Source: Alphaproteobacteria bacterium (GTDB taxonomy: Bacteria > Pseudomonadota > Alphaproteobacteria > MPNO01). Taken from it: a stretch of 64,000 nucleotides of DNA. The stretch lies in NCBI GenBank assembly GCA_965248835.1, contig CBDFLJ010000002.1, positions 2,208,001-2,272,000 on the forward strand, read 5' to 3'. The notes under the pieces are model-generated. The model ran no database searches and was not told the origin of the DNA. It saw only the letters and a program-made list of their open reading frames with translations. Of the stretch, positions 1 to 10,023 are shown one piece after another. The first letter of the stretch is position 1, and the number at the start of each line of letters is the position of its first letter. The translations under genes were made by a program, and so were the position numbers.

Positions 1-1101
1 CGCGGGCGCGAGTTCCTCGCCGATGTGCGTGAGCATCACCGGCTCCGCCTGCCGTTCTTCCGGGACCTCACGATCCAGATGGCATTGCTCGAGGTCGCGA
101 CCGGGCTCGGTGGGTTGGTCGTCGTGATCGTTGGTGCACGGCTGGTCACCGCGGGCGCGCTCGATGGCGGACTCCTGCCGCTGCTCACCCTGCTCGCCAT
201 GTCGGCGTTCCTGCCGGTATCGGAGATTGCCAATATCGGCCGTCAGCTCGCTGACACCCTCGGCGCGGCGCGACGAATCCACGCGGTGCACAGCGAGGCC
301 GTGCCGGTCACCGACGGGCCGGGCGTGGCGCCGGACGCCGGGATTTCGGACGTCGCCCTAGAGATGAAGAACGTCGACTTCTCGTATTTCGGCGCCAATC
401 GCGACGCTCTCCGGGCGGTGTCGTTCACGGCGGTACGCGGCTCGACAGTCGCAATCGTCGGTCCCTCGGGCGCCGGCAAGTCGACCATTGCACACTTGTT
501 GATGCGGTTCTGGGACCCGAAGCACGGCGTCGTTCGCATGGACGGCCACGATCTCCGGGACTACAGGCTCGACGACCTGCGCCGGCACATTGCGCTGGTC
601 GCGCAAGACACGTTTCTGTTCAACGACACGCTCCGCTCCAACGTCTTGATCGCCCAGCCCGAGGCAAGCGAGACGGATATCCGCCTTGCCGTTGAGCGAG
701 CGGCGCTCGGAGATTTCGTGGCCGAGCTTCCCGACGGGCTCGACACCCAGGTGGGCGAGCGCGGCATGCAGCTTTCAGGCGGCCAGCGCCAGCGTGTCGC
801 GATCGCGCGCGCGTTCCTCAAGGACGCCCCGGTGCTGATCCTGGACGAGGCGACGTCGCATCTCGACGCGGTGAGCGAACGGGCGGTACGAAGCGCGCTC
901 GACGATCTGATGCGGGAACGGACGACGATCGTGATCGCGCACCGCCTATCGACCATCAGTGATGCCGACCGGATCGTCGTCCTCGATGACGGCAAGGTGG
1001 TCGAGACTGGCAACCATTCCATGCTGCGGGCGCGCGGCGGGCTGTACGCTCATCTGGTTTCGCGTCAACTCGCCGGCAGCTACCGCAACGCCGCCGAGTG
1101 A
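1..1101 (+). CDS. ABC transporter fused permease/ATP-binding protein (MsbA/CydC-like), 5' truncated by window edge
   Basis: Frame open from base 1; Walker A GPSGAGKST, signature LSGGQRQR, Walker B ILDEATS, H-loop AHRL; preceded by a TM segment. Confidence 0.9.
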   Translation, partial: RGREFLADVREHHRLRLPFFRDLTIQMALLEVATGLGGLVVVIVGARLVTAGALDGGLLPLLTLLAMSAFLPVSEIANIGRQLADTLGAARRIHAVHSEAVPVTDGPGVAPDAGISDVALEMKNVDFSYFGANRDALRAVSFTAVRGSTVAIVGPSGAGKSTIAHLLMRFWDPKHGVVRMDGHDLRDYRLDDLRRHIALVAQDTFLFNDTLRSNVLIAQPEASETDIRLAVERAALGDFVAELPDGLDTQVGERGMQLSGGQRQRVAIARAFLKDAPVLILDEATSHLDAVSERAVRSALDDLMRERTTIVIAHRLSTISDADRIVVLDDGKVVETGNHSMLRARGGLYAHLVSRQLAGSYRNAAE

Positions 1102-1198
1102 CGGTACGGCTCAAGCGGACGATATGGCGGGTCGGTCAGGCTTTTGAGCATGGCTACGGTGACGCGGGCGGACATGAGAGACGCGGCACGAAGAGAAC

Positions 1199-1305
1199 GA
1201 GCTATCGCCGAAAGTTGGTAATGGCTTGATCAGGCGGCGGTTTTGATTGGCTTGATGCCGTCCTCGAACCTCACTCCCTGGATGACCTGGGCGACAAGGT
1301 TTTGA
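1199..1305 (-). mobile_element. IS256-family right-end remnant
   Basis: Minus strand reads NLVAQVIQGVRFEDGIKPIKTAA* followed by ...TTACCAACTTTCGGCGATAGCTC, resembling the C-terminus and right IR of the intact IS256 at 60445-61836. Confidence 0.7.
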
Positions 1306-1331
1306 GGAACGACAGGTGCCGCCCGGCACTC

Positions 1332-2567
1332 CTACTGGTATGTCCGGACGTCGTCGATGACCTTGCCGTCATTGGCGAGCGCGCCCGGGGCCTCGAATGC
1401 GACCTCCCCGCGCAGGCCGCAGATTTCCCGGATCGTGGCGGTGATGGCGTTCGAAAGCGCCTCGTCGCGGCTTGCGGCCTCGCAGCGAAGGGTCATGACG
1501 TCCCGGTTGTTCTCGCTGCCGACCACGAGCCGGGCCTTGAGGATTTCCGAATGCCGCGCGGCGATGGCCGCAATTTGCTCGGGCGTCACGAACATGCCGC
1601 GGACCTTTGTCCGCTGATCGGCGCGGCCCATCCAGCCCCCGATCCGTAGGTTGCTCCGCCCGCAGGGGCTCGCGCCCGGCAGGATCGCGGACAGATCGCC
1701 GGTGCCGAAGCGGACCAACGGGTAGACCGAGTTGAACGAGGTCACCACGACCTCGCCGACCTCGCCGTCGGCGACCGGTTGGCCGGTGCCAGGCCGGACG
1801 ATCTCGACCAGCAGGCCCTCGTCGACGATCATCCCTTCCAAGGCTTCGGACTCATAGGCGATCAGACCCAGATCGGCCGAGGCGTAGCACTGCAAAGCCC
1901 TGACCCCAAGGGCGGCGATCTCCTCGCGGAGGCTCGGTGGCAGCGCCTCCGCCGAGACCAGCGCCTTGGTGAGGCTGGACATATCGGCGCCGGCCTCGCG
2001 GCCCTTCTCGAGCAGGATTTTCAGGAAGGACGGGGTGCCGACATAGCCGACCGGGCGCAGATCGGCGATGACCCGGACCTGCTGGTCGGTCTGCCCGCCG
2101 CCCGCCGGGATGACGGCGCAGCCAAGCGCGTGCGCACCTGATTCCATGATCGAGCCGGCCGGGCTCAGATGGTAGGTGAAGGTGTTGTGGACGACCTCGC
2201 CGGCGCGGAAACCGGCGGCGAAGAACGCGCGCGCGGTCCGCCACGGGTCGGGGGAGCGGCCCTCGGGGTCATAGATCGGACCGGGCGAGGTGAAGATCCG
2301 GGCAAGCGCGCCGGGCGCGACGCATGTCAAGCCACCGAACGGGGGTGACGCGGCCTGGAGTCCGGTCAGTTCGGACTTGTGGGTGACGGGGAGCCGCGCC
2401 AGCGCCGCCCGGTCGGTAACGGAATCGGCGTCCACGCCGTCGAGGATGGCGGCGAGCCCCGGAGCGTTCGCCTTTGCATTGGCAAGCAGCGCGGGCAGGG
2501 CGTCGAGCAGCGCGCGCTCACGCAGCTCCGGGTCGCGGGTCTCAAGGTCGTCGTAGTAGCCCGTCAT
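1332..2567 (-). CDS. Phenylacetate--CoA ligase family (PaaK-like) AMP-binding protein
   Basis: FTSPGPIYDPEG, YASADLG, RFGTGDLS, GRADQRTKVRG motifs; last gene of the operon. Confidence 0.85.
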   Translation of the reverse strand: MTGYYDDLETRDPELRERALLDALPALLANAKANAPGLAAILDGVDADSVTDRAALARLPVTHKSELTGLQAASPPFGGLTCVAPGALARIFTSPGPIYDPEGRSPDPWRTARAFFAAGFRAGEVVHNTFTYHLSPAGSIMESGAHALGCAVIPAGGGQTDQQVRVIADLRPVGYVGTPSFLKILLEKGREAGADMSSLTKALVSAEALPPSLREEIAALGVRALQCYASADLGLIAYESEALEGMIVDEGLLVEIVRPGTGQPVADGEVGEVVVTSFNSVYPLVRFGTGDLSAILPGASPCGRSNLRIGGWMGRADQRTKVRGMFVTPEQIAAIAARHSEILKARLVVGSENNRDVMTLRCEAASRDEALSNAITATIREICGLRGEVAFEAPGALANDGKVIDDVRTYQ

Positions 2568-2573
2568 CGCCCG

Positions 2574-3410
2574 CTACAGCCACCGCTTGCGCCGCTTGTA
2601 AGACTTGATGTTCCTGAAGACGCGCCGGGCCTCGCCGCCTTGGCCGAGATAGAACTCCTTGATGTCCTCGTTGTCAACGAGCGCGGCGGCGCTGCCGTCC
2701 AGGACGATCTTGCCCTGCTCCATGACATAGCCGAAGGAGGCGGCCCGGAGCGCCATCCGGGCGTTCTGCTCGACCAGGAGGATGGTGATCCCGAGCTCGC
2801 TGTTGAGCCGCTGGATGATGCCGAACACCTCGCGGACCAGCATCGGCGAGAGGCCCATCGAGGGCTCGTCCATCAGCACCAGCTTGGGGCGGGCCATCAA
2901 CGCGCGTCCGATTGCCAGCATCTGCTGTTCGCCGCCGGACAGATAGCCGGCGAGCCCGGCGCGGTCGCGCAGCCGCGGGAAATAGTGGAACACCATCTCG
3001 ATGTCCTGCTTGACCTCGCGGTCGCGCCTGGTATGGGCGCCCAGCCGCAAATTCTCGATCACCGACATATCGGCGATGATTCGGCGGCCCTCCATGACCT
3101 GGAAGATGCCGCGGCGGACGATGTCGTCCGGGTCGCGCCCCCGCAGGCGCTCGCCCATGAAGGTGATCTCGCCCGAGGTGATCTCCCCGTCCTCGGATTT
3201 AAGCAGGCCGGAGATCGATTTCAGCGTGGTCGACTTGCCGGCGCCGTTGGCGCCGAGAAGGGCGACGATTTCGCCATCCGCGACCTCCAGCGACAAGCCG
3301 TGGAGGACGAGAATGACGTCGGAATAGACGACCTCAATATTCTCGATCGCGAGGATGGTCTCGCCGCGGACGGGACCGGTTTCGAGGCCTCCGGCGGGGG
3401 CGTCCATCAC
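2574..3410 (-). CDS. Liv-type ABC transporter ATP-binding protein (LivF-like)
   Basis: GANGAGKST, LSGGEQQM, DEPSMGL, VEQN. Confidence 0.9.
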   Translation of the reverse strand: MMDAPAGGLETGPVRGETILAIENIEVVYSDVILVLHGLSLEVADGEIVALLGANGAGKSTTLKSISGLLKSEDGEITSGEITFMGERLRGRDPDDIVRRGIFQVMEGRRIIADMSVIENLRLGAHTRRDREVKQDIEMVFHYFPRLRDRAGLAGYLSGGEQQMLAIGRALMARPKLVLMDEPSMGLSPMLVREVFGIIQRLNSELGITILLVEQNARMALRAASFGYVMEQGKIVLDGSAAALVDNEDIKEFYLGQGGEARRVFRNIKSYKRRKRWL

Positions 3411-3472
3411 TCAGGCACGCAAGTGGTACCGCCGGCCGCGCGGCGCGGGGCCCGCGCGGCCGGCGGTCGGGT

Positions 3473-4708
3473 TTACCAGCCGAGCCACTCGGGCTTCCGC
3501 GGGATATTGGCCGCGAACAGCTTGGTCATCGACCAGTCCGAGACGCTCTTCACGTCGCCGCGATAGACGAACGCCTGAGTAAAGCCGCGGTGGTCCTCGG
3601 GTGTCCAGTTGCCCGGCGGGCAGACACCCTCGAGCCCCTTGGGCACCCAGTTCTTCTTGGCGTACATGCCCTTCTTGATGTTGGCGCCGGTGATGCCGCC
3701 ATTGGCGTCGGCCCATTCGAGCGCTTCCTTCATGAAGTAGACCGAGCAGACACCGCGCAGGTAGTGGACGGCGCGGTACTTGGCGCCGGCGGGATCCGAC
3801 ATACCGGAGACCGCCTTGGCGAGCTTCATCCCCGGGACGTCGTCGCCCCATTTCGCAGCGCCCATCACCCAGACGACGCCGTTCGACGCGTCGCCGGCGG
3901 CCTTCATGACGTTCTCGTCATAGCCCCAGATATTGCTCATGAACTGGGTGCCGACCCCGACGGTCGTGCACGATTTGAGCAGTGAGATGTTGGAGCCCGA
4001 CGTGTTGGCGAGAAATGCGTAGTTGGCGCCGGAGTTCTTGAGGCTGAGGCACTGGGCCTTGAAGTCGCCCGGCGCCAGCGAATACTGGATCGACGGCAGC
4101 ACCTCGAAGCCGAGCTCCTTGGCATAGGCCTCGCCCGCCGCCTTGGGCGCGTTGGGGTAGGGGTGGTTGTCGCCCATATGGACGTATTTGGGCGCCCCCG
4201 ACTCGCCCTTCTTCTTCCAGTCTGCCGCCGCCCATTGGATCAAGGCCCGGGCGCCGTCGGAATAGGAAGGGCCCATCGGGAAGTTGTAGGGCGCGGCCTT
4301 CTTGGTCTTCGGCCCCTTGCCGGTCGGGTCGGTCAGATGCGCCGAATAGGAGGCCGAGAAATAGGGCACCTGGTCGCGGGCGACGAAGCTTACCAGCGCC
4401 TCGGTGTCACCGGTCCCCCAGCCCTGCACGGCGACCACCTTGCTCTGCGATTTCCACTTTTTGTAGGCGGCGATCGCGCGCGGCACGACATAGGAATAAT
4501 CGACCGTCAGCAGGTCGATCTTCTTGCCGTTGATGCCACCTTGCTTGTTGATGTAGCCGACTGCGTCGATCTTCGCTTGGCCGTACTCCTTGCCGACGAC
4601 CGCAGTGCGCCCGGTGAAGTCGATCAGATTGCCGATCGGGATCGATTGCGCCGCCGCGCCAGCGGCGGCGAGCATCGTCCCGGCGAGCGGCCAGATAAAC
4701 CTGTGCAT
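3473..4708 (-). CDS. Liv-type ABC substrate-binding protein
   Basis: Signal peptide MHRFIWPLAGTMLAAAGAAAQ after AGGA RBS; INKQGGINGKKI periplasmic binding protein motif. Confidence 0.88.
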   Translation of the reverse strand: MHRFIWPLAGTMLAAAGAAAQSIPIGNLIDFTGRTAVVGKEYGQAKIDAVGYINKQGGINGKKIDLLTVDYSYVVPRAIAAYKKWKSQSKVVAVQGWGTGDTEALVSFVARDQVPYFSASYSAHLTDPTGKGPKTKKAAPYNFPMGPSYSDGARALIQWAAADWKKKGESGAPKYVHMGDNHPYPNAPKAAGEAYAKELGFEVLPSIQYSLAPGDFKAQCLSLKNSGANYAFLANTSGSNISLLKSCTTVGVGTQFMSNIWGYDENVMKAAGDASNGVVWVMGAAKWGDDVPGMKLAKAVSGMSDPAGAKYRAVHYLRGVCSVYFMKEALEWADANGGITGANIKKGMYAKKNWVPKGLEGVCPPGNWTPEDHRGFTQAFVYRGDVKSVSDWSMTKLFAANIPRKPEWLGW

Positions 4709-4803
4709 TGCTTTTCCTCCTGCGTGGGGTGCCCCAATATGGGTCTCGTGTGAGGACGTGTGTCGTGTTCGAACCTTCATCCTGTCATTCCCCGGTTCTC
4801 ATG

Positions 4804-5877
4804 CTAGTAGGAGAACGGGTAGAGCTTAAAGTATGCCTTGACCTGGTGCCAGCGATGCGCGAGCCCGTCGGGCTCGAAGATCAGGAACAAAACGATCGCG
4901 AGCCCGATCGCCATCTCCTTCAGATAGGGAAGCCCGGTGCCGAATGCCGGCAGATCGCCCCAGGGCGTCGCCCTGAGAGCCCCGATCGCGGCTTCCATGA
5001 CCTCCGGCAGCAGCACCATGAAGACGGTGCCCATGAGCGAGCCCATCACCGAGCCGAGCCCGCCGATGATGACCATGCCCAAGAACTGCACCGACTGGAA
5101 GATGTCGAACCCCTCGACCGAGACGAAGCCGAGATAATGCGCGAACAGCGCCCCGCCAACGCCCGCGTAGAAGGACGAAATGCCAAAGGAGAGGATCCGG
5201 TATTTGGTGAGGTTGACGCCCATGATCTCCGCCGAGAGGTAGTGGTCGCGGACGGCGACCAGGGCGCGGCCGTCGCGCGAGCGCATCAGGTTCGACGCTC
5301 CGACATACATGGCGATCAGATAGACCAGGGCGACGTAAAAGAACGTCCGGTCGTCGTCGAAGGCGAGTCCGAACAGTTCGAACGGGTTGGCGATCGCCCC
5401 GGACGAGCCGCCGGTGAACCACTCGGCGCGGGCGAAGAAATCCTGAAGGATGAACTGCGAGGCGAGCGTCGCCATCAGCAGATACAGCCCTTTGATGCGC
5501 GCAGCCGGAATTCCGAAGATCATCCCGACCGCCGTCGTCATCAGCCCGGCGAGCGGGATCGCGAAGAACACCGGGATGCCGAGTTCGTTGTTGACATAGG
5601 CCGAGGAGAAGGCGCCGAAGCCGAAGAACGCCGAGTGGCCGAGCGAGATCTGGCCGGTGAAGCCGACAAGGATGTTGAGCCCGAGCGCGGCGATCCCGAG
5701 ATAGGCGATCTGGATCATCAGATTGAGCAGATAGCCGTCCAGCACCCACGGACAGGCGCAGAGCACGGCGACCGCCAGGTAGCAGGCGATGCGCGAGCCG
5801 CGGGTCGGAAAGATCGTCATGTCGGCGCGGTAGCTAGTGCGGAAATCTCCGGTCGGGCGCATGGTCAAGCTGGCCAT
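4804..5877 (-). CDS. Liv-type ABC permease (LivM-like)
   Basis: GLNILVGFTGQISLGHSAFFG, IIGGLGS; ATG 2 nt after the LivH stop (the longer ORF call is an upstream extension). Confidence 0.9.
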   Translation of the reverse strand: MASLTMRPTGDFRTSYRADMTIFPTRGSRIACYLAVAVLCACPWVLDGYLLNLMIQIAYLGIAALGLNILVGFTGQISLGHSAFFGFGAFSSAYVNNELGIPVFFAIPLAGLMTTAVGMIFGIPAARIKGLYLLMATLASQFILQDFFARAEWFTGGSSGAIANPFELFGLAFDDDRTFFYVALVYLIAMYVGASNLMRSRDGRALVAVRDHYLSAEIMGVNLTKYRILSFGISSFYAGVGGALFAHYLGFVSVEGFDIFQSVQFLGMVIIGGLGSVMGSLMGTVFMVLLPEVMEAAIGALRATPWGDLPAFGTGLPYLKEMAIGLAIVLFLIFEPDGLAHRWHQVKAYFKLYPFSY

Positions 5878-5879
5878 GG

Positions 5880-6773
5880 CTAGACCCTCTCGATCTCTTC
5901 GGTGCCGAATAAGCCGTGGGGGCGGATCATCAAGATGATGATCAGCGCGTAGAACGGCGCGACGACGAACAGATTGCCCCAGTGGAGGAACTGGCTGTCG
6001 GCGAACTCGGCGAGGTTCTCGAGCACGCCGATGAGCAGCCCGCCGACGACCGCGCCGAGCACAGAATCGAGCCCGCCCAGGATCACCGCCGGGAACACCT
6101 TGATGCCGTAGAAGGAAAGCTCGGACGACACGCCGTTGACGATGCCGACGGTGACGCCGGCGAGCGCCGAGACCATCGCCGAGATCGCCCAGGACATCGC
6201 GAACACTTGCTTGATCGAGATCCCGAGCGATTGCGCCGCCTGCTGGTCGAAGGCGGTCGCCCGCATCGCGAGCCCGATCCGCGAGAACTTGAAGAACCAG
6301 GCGAAGACCGCCATGATCACCAGCGAGATTGCCATGCTCATCAGGTAGATGGTCTGCACCTGGAGCCCCAGCACATTGACCGATTTGGTCTCGAAGACCT
6401 CGGGGAAGGGCTGGACGAAGACGCCGAACAGCCACTTCATCAGCGCCTGGAAGAAGATCGACAGCCCGATGGTCACCATCACCACCGAGATGATGGGCTC
6501 GCCGATCATCGGCCGCAGCACCACCATCTGGAGCAGGACGCCGAACGCCATCATGAAGCCTAGGGTCAACAGGAACCCCCAGACGAAGGGCACGTCGAGG
6601 TCGGTGAGGATCCACCAGCACACCCAGGCGCCAACCAGCAGGAACTCGCCCTGAGCGAAGTTCACGATCTGCGAGGCCTTGTAGATCAGGACGAAACACA
6701 TCGCGACCACGCCGTAAAGCGTGCCGATGACCACCCCGTTGACGATCAGCTGGGTGAGGAGCTCGGTGTTCAT
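5880..6773 (-). CDS. Liv-type ABC permease (LivH-like)
   Basis: IVNFAQGE, GLAMRATA, VILGGLDS; ATGA overlap with upstream gene. Confidence 0.9.
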   Translation of the reverse strand: MNTELLTQLIVNGVVIGTLYGVVAMCFVLIYKASQIVNFAQGEFLLVGAWVCWWILTDLDVPFVWGFLLTLGFMMAFGVLLQMVVLRPMIGEPIISVVMVTIGLSIFFQALMKWLFGVFVQPFPEVFETKSVNVLGLQVQTIYLMSMAISLVIMAVFAWFFKFSRIGLAMRATAFDQQAAQSLGISIKQVFAMSWAISAMVSALAGVTVGIVNGVSSELSFYGIKVFPAVILGGLDSVLGAVVGGLLIGVLENLAEFADSQFLHWGNLFVVAPFYALIIILMIRPHGLFGTEEIERV

Positions 6774-8725
6774 GCCACGCCCGCCACTCTCTCGCGCGGC
6801 GCCGCGTCGGTCGCGGGCAGGGCGTCGCCGCCGCCAAGCTCGATCACGGCCAATGTGGTCTTGATGCGCTGCGTCGTCCCGTCCTGGAAGGCGATGGTGG
6901 TGTCGATGTCGACGGAATCGCGGCCTTCATAGACGGCGTCGATGATGTCTGCGTATTTGTCGTTGATCACGCCGCGCCGCACCTTGCGGGTGCGGGTGAG
7001 TTCGCCGTCATCGGCGTCGAGCTCCTTGTAGAGCAGCAGGAACTTCCGGACCCGCTGGCCCTCGGGCAGCGCGTCGTTGACCTTTTCGACCTCGGCCCGG
7101 ATGAGGCCGTAGATCTCGCGCCGTGCCGACAGATCGGTATAGGTGGTGAACGCGATCCGGTTCCGCTCGGCCCATTTGGAGACGATCGAGAACCGGATGC
7201 AGATTATCGCTGCCAGATAGTCCCGCCCGCCGCCGAGGACCACGACCTCGGCGATGAAGGGCGAGAATTTGAGCTTGTTCTCGATGAATTGAGGCGAAAA
7301 GCGGATGCCTCTGGCGGTGGTCGCGATATCGGCCATCCGGTCGATGACCACCAGGCGCTTGCCGTCCTTGAAATAGCCGGCATCGCCGGTATGCATCCAG
7401 CCGTCGCGGATCGACTCCCTGGTCTCCTCCTCGTTGCGGTAATAGCCGAGGAACATGTTGGGGTGAAGGGTCACGATCTCGCCGACGCCCTCCGGGTCGG
7501 GGTCGTGGATACGGATCTCGCATCCCTTGAACGGCACCCCGACCGAGTCGAAATCGACATCGGCCGCCTCGTGGAGCGTGTAGGCGCCGGCGGTTTCGGT
7601 CTGGCCGTAGAGCTGGCGGAGCGGCACCCCCATCGCTAGAAAAAAGCGGAACGTGTCCGGGCCGAGCGCCGCGCCGCCGGTCGCCGCCGAGCGCAGCCGG
7701 CTGAACCCGAGCCGGTCGCGGAGCGGGCGGAACAGGAGTAGATCGGCAAGCGCCGACTTGCCGTTCCGATCGAGCGCGGCCATGCCGAGCGTCATGGCGA
7801 GATCGTAGAACCGGCGCTTGAGCGGCGAGGCATCGAGCATCCGCGCGCGCACATCGGCGGCCACCTGCTCCCAGACCCTCGGCGCCAGCAGGAGAAAGGT
7901 CGGGCCGATCTCGCGCATGTCGGCCATCGTGGTCCCGGGCTCCTCGACGAAATTGACCGTCATCCGGCAGACCAGCGATTTGGCGAGCGCGTAGACCTGC
8001 TCCATGATCCAGGGGAGCGGCAGCACCGAGACGTATTCGTCCTCCGGCCCCTTGGGGTCGGCCTCGAGATAGGCGCGGGCATGGGCGAGGAACGGCCCGC
8101 CCTGGAGCATGGCGAGCTTCGGCTGCGACGTGGTGCCGGAGGTGGTGCACAGCACGGCGATATCGGCGCCTTCGCCGGCGGCGACCAGTTCGTCATAGAG
8201 TTCGGGCGCCGCGCGGTCGGCGGCCTCGCCGGCGGCGATCAGCGCCGCGGCATCCATCAGCCGCGGGTCCTCGTATTTGCGCATGCCCCTCGGGTCGGAA
8301 TAGACGATATGCCGGACGCTCGGGATGCGCTCGCCGAGCGACAGGAGCTTGTCGACCTGTTCCTCGTCCTCGGCGAGGACCACGCAGGATTCGGCGTAGT
8401 CGATCAGATAGGCGGCCTCGTCCTCGAGCGCGTCGCGGTAGATGCCGAGGCTCATCGCCCGGAGCGCATGGGCCGCGACCTCGCCGAACACCCAGTCGGG
8501 GCGGTTGTCGCCGATCAGCGCCACACAGTCGCCGTTTCCGACCCCGAGCCCGTGGAGGCCGAGCGCCAGCGCCCGAACGCGGGCGTGGTAGTCGGCCCAG
8601 GTGAAGGTGTGCCAGAGGCCGAAATCCTTCTCGCGGAAGGCGGTCTCGTCGGGCCAGTTCTCGGCGTTGTGCTTGACCGCCTTGGGGAAGGTGTCGTGGC
8701 GCTCGACGTCGAGCCAGGTGTTCAC
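6770..8725 (-). CDS. Long-chain acyl-CoA synthetase (AMP-binding)
   Basis: TTSGTTSQPK, YGQTE, GWMHTGDAG, GELTRTRKVRR. Confidence 0.9.
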   Translation of the reverse strand: MNTWLDVERHDTFPKAVKHNAENWPDETAFREKDFGLWHTFTWADYHARVRALALGLHGLGVGNGDCVALIGDNRPDWVFGEVAAHALRAMSLGIYRDALEDEAAYLIDYAESCVVLAEDEEQVDKLLSLGERIPSVRHIVYSDPRGMRKYEDPRLMDAAALIAAGEAADRAAPELYDELVAAGEGADIAVLCTTSGTTSQPKLAMLQGGPFLAHARAYLEADPKGPEDEYVSVLPLPWIMEQVYALAKSLVCRMTVNFVEEPGTTMADMREIGPTFLLLAPRVWEQVAADVRARMLDASPLKRRFYDLAMTLGMAALDRNGKSALADLLLFRPLRDRLGFSRLRSAATGGAALGPDTFRFFLAMGVPLRQLYGQTETAGAYTLHEAADVDFDSVGVPFKGCEIRIHDPDPEGVGEIVTLHPNMFLGYYRNEEETRESIRDGWMHTGDAGYFKDGKRLVVIDRMADIATTARGIRFSPQFIENKLKFSPFIAEVVVLGGGRDYLAAIICIRFSIVSKWAERNRIAFTTYTDLSARREIYGLIRAEVEKVNDALPEGQRVRKFLLLYKELDADDGELTRTRKVRRGVINDKYADIIDAVYEGRDSVDIDTTIAFQDGTTQRIKTTLAVIELGGGDALPATDAAPRERVAGVA

Positions 8726-9543
8726 GCCACCTGCTCCTCGGGCTCAGGCGCCTCGTCCTCGCCGAGATAGGCCTTCTTGACCCCCTCGTCGTTCATCACC
8801 GCCTCGGGCGTTCCTTCGGCGATTTTGCGGCCGAAATCGAGCACCATCACCCGGTGCGAGATATCCATCACCACCGACATGTCGTGCTCGATCATCACCA
8901 CCGTCATGCCCCATTCCTCGTTGAGGTCGATGACATAGCGGGCCATGTCCTCCTTCTCCTCGAGGTTCATGCCGGCCATCGGCTCGTCGAGAAGGATGAG
9001 GTCGGGTTTGAGCGCGACCGCGCGGGCGAGCTCGACCCGCTTGCGCAGGCCGTATGGGAGGGTGCCGGCAACCGCCCAGCGGATCTCCTGGATCTCGAGG
9101 AAATCGATGATCTCCTCGACCTCGCGGCGGTGAGCGAGTTCCTCCTTCTGGGCGCCGCCGATCCAGTAGAGCGCCCCGGTGAAGAAGTTGTTCTTCAACA
9201 GATGGTGGCGCCCGACCATGATGTTGTCCATCACGGTCATGTGGCCGAACAGAGCGAGGTTCTGGAAGGTGCGCCCGATGCCGAGACCGGCGCGGTGGTT
9301 GGGGGTAAGCCCGGCGAGCGAGCGGCCCTTGTAGAAGATCTCCCCGGCGGACGGTCTGTAGCGCCCCGAGATGCAGTTCAAGAGCGACGTCTTGCCGGCC
9401 CCGTTGGGTCCGATGATCGAAAACAGCTCCCCCGGCGCGACCTTGAAGGTGACCGCTTCGAGCGCCCTGACGCCGCCGAACCCGAGCGATACCTCGCGCG
9501 CTTCGAGGAGCTGCGCTGCGCCGGTTGTCTGTCCCCCTGTCAC
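8722..9543 (-). CDS. Liv-type ABC transporter ATP-binding protein (LivG-like)
   Basis: GPNGAGKTS, RTFQN, LDEPMAG, IEHDM; probable GTG start at 9543 after GAGAGG. Confidence 0.9.
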   Translation of the reverse strand: MTGGQTTGAAQLLEAREVSLGFGGVRALEAVTFKVAPGELFSIIGPNGAGKTSLLNCISGRYRPSAGEIFYKGRSLAGLTPNHRAGLGIGRTFQNLALFGHMTVMDNIMVGRHHLLKNNFFTGALYWIGGAQKEELAHRREVEEIIDFLEIQEIRWAVAGTLPYGLRKRVELARAVALKPDLILLDEPMAGMNLEEKEDMARYVIDLNEEWGMTVVMIEHDMSVVMDISHRVMVLDFGRKIAEGTPEAVMNDEGVKKAYLGEDEAPEPEEQVA

Positions 9544-9939
9544 CGCTCGGCCTCTCGCTGTCCGCTCCGGGTTCCCGCCTGGGGCATTATCCGGTACCGC
9601 TGGACCAGCCCACACCCCCGCAAGTGGATAAGGTGTCGGGCCAAGGTGCCGCCTGGACCGAAGACGGTCAAGACGATTCCCCGGCGCCCGGTACTATCGA
9701 AAGCGCGATCACCGGGAGGTATCGCGAGCCCGGCCCCGACCATGTCCGATCGCGCGCTCATCGCGGAACGAATTTCGTGGAAATGCAGGATGCTCTATGC
9801 GATCCAACCGTCGACGTCGGCAGTGTTGCCGGCCGCGGCGGTTCAGCCGCTGCGAACTGCCGGACCGGACGTGGTCTCCCGGATGGAGAAGCCAATAAGG
9901 TCGGATCGGCAGCCCCGGCCCTCCGACAGGGTGCCGCTC

Positions 9940-10015
9940 TCCTTCCACCGGCGTTCGAGGATGGCGGACAGTTGCCAGGTGATCGGCAGCTCCAGAGGCG
10001 CGCCTGTCTTGGTCC
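9940..10015 (-). pseudogene. Tyrosine integrase fragment
   Basis: TKTGAPLELPITWQLSAILERR resembles the catalytic-Lys beta-hairpin region of phage integrases; short match only. Confidence 0.4.
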
Positions 10016-10023
10016 GGATCGTG

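Noticed and set aside
4804-6837. 677-aa ORF suggesting a fused permease
   Set aside because: Upstream part is an off-frame shadow of livH; LivM similarity starts at ATG 5877
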